Below are positions 28,877 to 32,000 of a stretch of DNA of 32,000 bases, piece by piece (position 1 is the first letter of the stretch; each line of letters opens with the position of its first letter). The position numbers and the translations under genes are program-made. The stretch covers positions 240,001-272,000 of the forward strand of contig NC_002677.1 in the NCBI RefSeq assembly GCF_000195855.1. Reading direction: 5' to 3'. The notes below the pieces were generated by a model. It searched no databases and was not told the DNA's origin. It was given only the letters and a program-made list of their open reading frames with translations. The DNA is from Mycobacterium leprae TN. Its GTDB lineage: Bacteria > Actinomycetota > Actinomycetes > Mycobacteriales > Mycobacteriaceae.

Positions 28877-30449
28877 TGATCTGTTCAGGGACAGCAAGAT
28901 TCAGCGGTCGGGCAAGCTGAGTGGGTGCGGTGCGTCCGCGTAGTTCGACGATTTCGCCGACGTTCCAGCACAAGGCTTCGGCGTCGAGCGCCCCGCTGAC
29001 TGCTATTGCCGATGCGAGCACATGGCCGTCCTCGAGTTTGGCCAGTTCGGTGAGCCTCGCTGCCTCGTTGACTGGGTCGCCGATCACGGTGTACTCGAAG
29101 CGGGCTTGCGCGCCGATATGGCCGGCGATGGCCCTGCCGGCCGACACCCCGATGCCGAACTCTGCACTACCCAGCACCGGTAGGAGTTCATCGTGCAGCT
29201 CACGGGCGGCCGACAGCGCCGCACCAGCACTGTCCGGGTGCTCGATCGGCGCTCCGAAGATTGCCAGCGCGGCATCGCCCTGGAACTTGTTGACGAACCC
29301 GCCGTGTCGCCCAACGGTGTCCACGACCACACGGAAGAACTCGTTGAGGAGATGAACCACTTTGGTGGGTGGTTTTGTCTCGGCCAGCTGGGTGGAGCCT
29401 ATCAGGTCCACGAACAGCACCGCGACGTCGCGCTCCTGCCCACCCAACTCGGTGCCGTGCTCCAAGGCTCGGCGGGCCACGTCTTCGCCGACGTAGCGAC
29501 CGAACAGGTCACGAAGCCGCTGCCGCTCGGACAGCTCACGCACCATGTCGTTGAAGCCGGCTTGCAATAAGCCCAGCTCACTGGCGTCGTAGATCTGCAT
29601 GTGCGCGTTGTAGTTGCCGCGCTGAACCTCGGATAGTGCCCAGCGCAGTTGTCGCAGCGGATCGGCGATCGACATGGCCACCAACCAGGTGCTCACCAGT
29701 CCGACGACCAGCACCGCCAGTGCCAGCAGCAGAATGGGGCTGAATAACTGTTCCGGCACGGCATGCAGCAAGGCAATTTTGTCGGCCACCACTGCCAGCA
29801 CGATCGCCAGGACCGGTACTCCAGTGGACGGCACCCAGGTCAACATCAGCCGCAAAGTTACGCCGGGTGTTTTGACGTTCTCTGGCACGCCGCTGCGCAG
29901 GGCTGCCACGGCCACCGGTCGCAGGACCCGCTCAGACTGCAGGTAGCCGATGATTGCGGTAGCGGTGGCGCCTAGTGCGGTAGCGAGCGCCACGATAGGT
30001 GCTGAATGCCTGGCTGCCGACCAGCTGGCGATGATGAATACTGCCCCACCGATGCCCCAGGTCACCAGGCTGATGATGGTGTGATAAAAGGGCATGCGCA
30101 GTGCTCGGCTCCGGGCCAGTTCGGTCGCGGCAGGATCAGCTTCGGCGAGCCGGTTGTCACGGCGCTGCCATCGGAAAACTGGCATCAGTAGTTTCAGGTT
30201 CACTGCGAACCCGGTGGAGAACGCCACGACCACCGAGAGGGTGGAGATTGCCAAGTTGCGGATGGGCAGATCCTGCAGCTCAACGCGGTCCTGGGGTGGC
30301 AAACCGTAGCGGAGGAAACCGAGCACGAACAGGGCGCCGATGATGTCAGACTGCAGCATGCTAAGCGAGAACAGTGGCCACGGGGTGCGTATACCCCACC
30401 GGACGAACGCACCGATCCGCCCGGGCAGTCCTGCCGCCTGGGTTGCCAC
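28857..30449 (-). CDS. Membrane-bound class III adenylate cyclase with HAMP domain (Rv3645-like)
   Basis: 530 aa. Multi-TM N-terminus, HAMP (SIADPLRQLRWALSEVQRGNY), cyclase domain DVAVLFVDLIGSTQLAE...GGFVNKFQGDAALAIFGAP...FEYTVIGDPVNEAARLTELAK. Confidence 0.93.
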   Translation of the reverse strand: MATQAAGLPGRIGAFVRWGIRTPWPLFSLSMLQSDIIGALFVLGFLRYGLPPQDRVELQDLPIRNLAISTLSVVVAFSTGFAVNLKLLMPVFRWQRRDNRLAEADPAATELARSRALRMPFYHTIISLVTWGIGGAVFIIASWSAARHSAPIVALATALGATATAIIGYLQSERVLRPVAVAALRSGVPENVKTPGVTLRLMLTWVPSTGVPVLAIVLAVVADKIALLHAVPEQLFSPILLLALAVLVVGLVSTWLVAMSIADPLRQLRWALSEVQRGNYNAHMQIYDASELGLLQAGFNDMVRELSERQRLRDLFGRYVGEDVARRALEHGTELGGQERDVAVLFVDLIGSTQLAETKPPTKVVHLLNEFFRVVVDTVGRHGGFVNKFQGDAALAIFGAPIEHPDSAGAALSAARELHDELLPVLGSAEFGIGVSAGRAIAGHIGAQARFEYTVIGDPVNEAARLTELAKLEDGHVLASAIAVSGALDAEALCWNVGEIVELRGRTAPTQLARPLNLAVPEQITSEVTG

Positions 30450-30604
30450 TACCTCACCGTATCGGTCTGCGGCGATTTGTTGGCAACCTCCAGCGCCTTT
30501 GCCGGTTATGGGACGGCTGTGCGGGCGGTTATAAGGTTACGGAAATGTTGCGACGCGGCCGCTGATCAGTGTCATGTCGGTCGGTATCATTACTGTTGTC
30601 GTTG

Positions 30605-31822
30605 ATGTCCGGGGTGTTTACGCGGCTGGTGGGCCAGGATGCGGTGGAAGCTGAGCTGCTGGCCGCCGCTAAGGCCGCCCGTAGTGACTTGGTTCACAGT
30701 CGGCCTGCTGACGGGACTATGACACATGCATGGCTCATCACCGGTCCGCCGGGCTCGGGACGCTCGGTTGCGGCGGTGTGCTTCGCGGCTGCACTGCAAT
30801 GCACTGCGGATTTTCAGGATGGCGGACCGGGGTGCGGGCGCTGCCGGGCGTGTACGACGACGATGGCCGGCACCCACGCTGACGTTCGTCGGGTGATTCC
30901 CGATGGCCTGTCGATCGGCGTAGACGAGATGCGTGCCATCGTGCATGAGGCCTCGCGCCGTCCAAGCACCGGATATTGGCAGATCGTGCTGATCGAGGAC
31001 GCCGACCGGTTGACCGAAGGAGCCGCTAACGCGCTGCTCAAGGTTGTTGAGGAACCGCCGTCGTCGACGGTGTTTTTGCTGTGCGCACCGTCGGTGGCTC
31101 CAGAAGACATTGCGGTAACGTTACGGTCTCGCTGCCGGCATGTCGCGCTGGTGACCCCATCGCATGCGGCGATTGCTCGGGTATTGATTGACAGCGACGG
31201 GCTGGCCGCCGACACGGCGAACTGGGCGGCGTTGGTCAGCGGTGGCCATGTGGGTCTGGCGCGTCGGTTAGCGACTGATCCAGAGGCCCAACAACGACGT
31301 GAGCGGGCGTTCGGGTTGATCCGCGATGCCGTGGTGCCGTCGCGGGCGTATGCTGTGGCCGAGGAACTTGTGGCCGCCGCCGAAGCGGAGGCTCTGGTGC
31401 TGACCGCTGAGCGGGCCGAAGCCGAGACCGAAGAGCTGCGGACGGCTCTCGGGGCCGGCGGCACCGGAAAGGGCACCGCTGGGGCATTGCGCAGCGTTAC
31501 GGGTGCGATCAAGGATCTAGAGCGACGGCAGAAGTCCCGTCAGACTCGTGCTTCGCGTGATGCACTGGACCGAGTATTGATCGATCTGGCGACCTACTTT
31601 CGGGATGCCTTGCTCGTTTCGGCGAATGCGGGATCGGTGCAACCCAATCATCCGGACATGGCTGACCGGGTGGCGGTGCTGGCCTGCCATGCTACACCGG
31701 AGCGGTTGTTGCGCTGCATCGAAGCTGTGCTGGAGTGCCGCGAAGCGTTGGCGGTCAATGTCAAACCCAAGTTCGCGGTCGACGCTCTGGTCGCGACTAT
31801 CGGCCAGGAGCTGCGCTATTAA
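30605..31822 (+). CDS. holB: DNA polymerase III subunit delta' (Rv3644c-like)
   Basis: MSGVFTRLVGQDAVEAELLAAAKAAR...ITGPPGSGRSVAAVCFAAALQC (Walker A), CGRCRACTTTMAGTHADV zinc module, LIEDADRLTEGAANALLKVVEEPPSSTVFLLCAPS. Confidence 0.93.
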   Translation: MSGVFTRLVGQDAVEAELLAAAKAARSDLVHSRPADGTMTHAWLITGPPGSGRSVAAVCFAAALQCTADFQDGGPGCGRCRACTTTMAGTHADVRRVIPDGLSIGVDEMRAIVHEASRRPSTGYWQIVLIEDADRLTEGAANALLKVVEEPPSSTVFLLCAPSVAPEDIAVTLRSRCRHVALVTPSHAAIARVLIDSDGLAADTANWAALVSGGHVGLARRLATDPEAQQRRERAFGLIRDAVVPSRAYAVAEELVAAAEAEALVLTAERAEAETEELRTALGAGGTGKGTAGALRSVTGAIKDLERRQKSRQTRASRDALDRVLIDLATYFRDALLVSANAGSVQPNHPDMADRVAVLACHATPERLLRCIEAVLECREALAVNVKPKFAVDALVATIGQELRY

Positions 31823-31900
31823 CTTCTCTTGTGGGGATGCACAGCTCTTGGGTTGGCCAGCGCACCTGCCGTAGACTCGTGCTGCCCGGCGCAAAGGTAG

Positions 31901-31973
31901 GCCGCCTTAGCTCAATCGGTAGAGCGATTCACTCGTAATGAATAGGTCGGGGGTTCGATTCCCCCAGGCGGCT
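31901..31973 (+). tRNA. tRNA-Thr (anticodon CGT)
   Basis: Acceptor GCCGCCT/AGGCGGC, D arm GCTC-AATCGGTA-GAGC, anticodon stem ATTCA/TGAAT with loop CTCGTAA (CGT), T arm GGGGG-TTCGATT-CCCCC. CCA not encoded. Confidence 0.94.
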
Positions 31974-32000
31974 CCGTGTGATGTGTCGAGACATCGGAGT

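Overview
This window reads as ordinary, reductively evolving chromosome of Mycobacterium leprae. The assignment rests on an RLEP repeat that contains the well-known RLEP diagnostic PCR primer sites 129 bp apart, on near-identity to mycobacterial protein families recalled from memory, and on many decayed genes. Intact genes, left to right: rpmF (absent from the supplied ORF track), mprA, mprB, pepD (HtrA-like), a moaB/mog-like gene, mscL(-), a Ser-rich FmdB-type zinc ribbon gene(-), 5-formyl-THF cyclo-ligase(-), galU, a moeA/gephyrin-like gene, rimJ, a membrane protein of the Rv0996/GlpR type, tRNA-Ala(CGC), a cNMP-binding/GNAT acetyltransferase, an AlkB-like dioxygenase(-), a protein O-mannosyltransferase(-), rsmI, RLEP, a cold shock protein, an Rv3647c-like gene, topA, an adenylate cyclase(-), DNA polymerase III delta', and tRNA-Thr(CGT). 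Between them are pseudogenes reconstructed by reading across frames: a SAF-domain gene, a SAM methyltransferase, a DUF5642/Rv0999-like lipoprotein, arcA, an Rv3651-like gene and an Rv3649-like DEAD/DEAH helicase. I found no CRISPR, prophage, toxin-antitoxin or other convincing novel multi-gene system. The observations most worth checking are the RLEP at an apparent synteny breakpoint, a perfect 20-bp-stem hairpin in a decayed region, a perfect 29-bp tandem duplication next to the AlkB-like gene start, the methyltransferase fossil, and the retained MoeA-like/GlpR-like pair. Ortholog names (Rv numbers) are from memory and were not searched.
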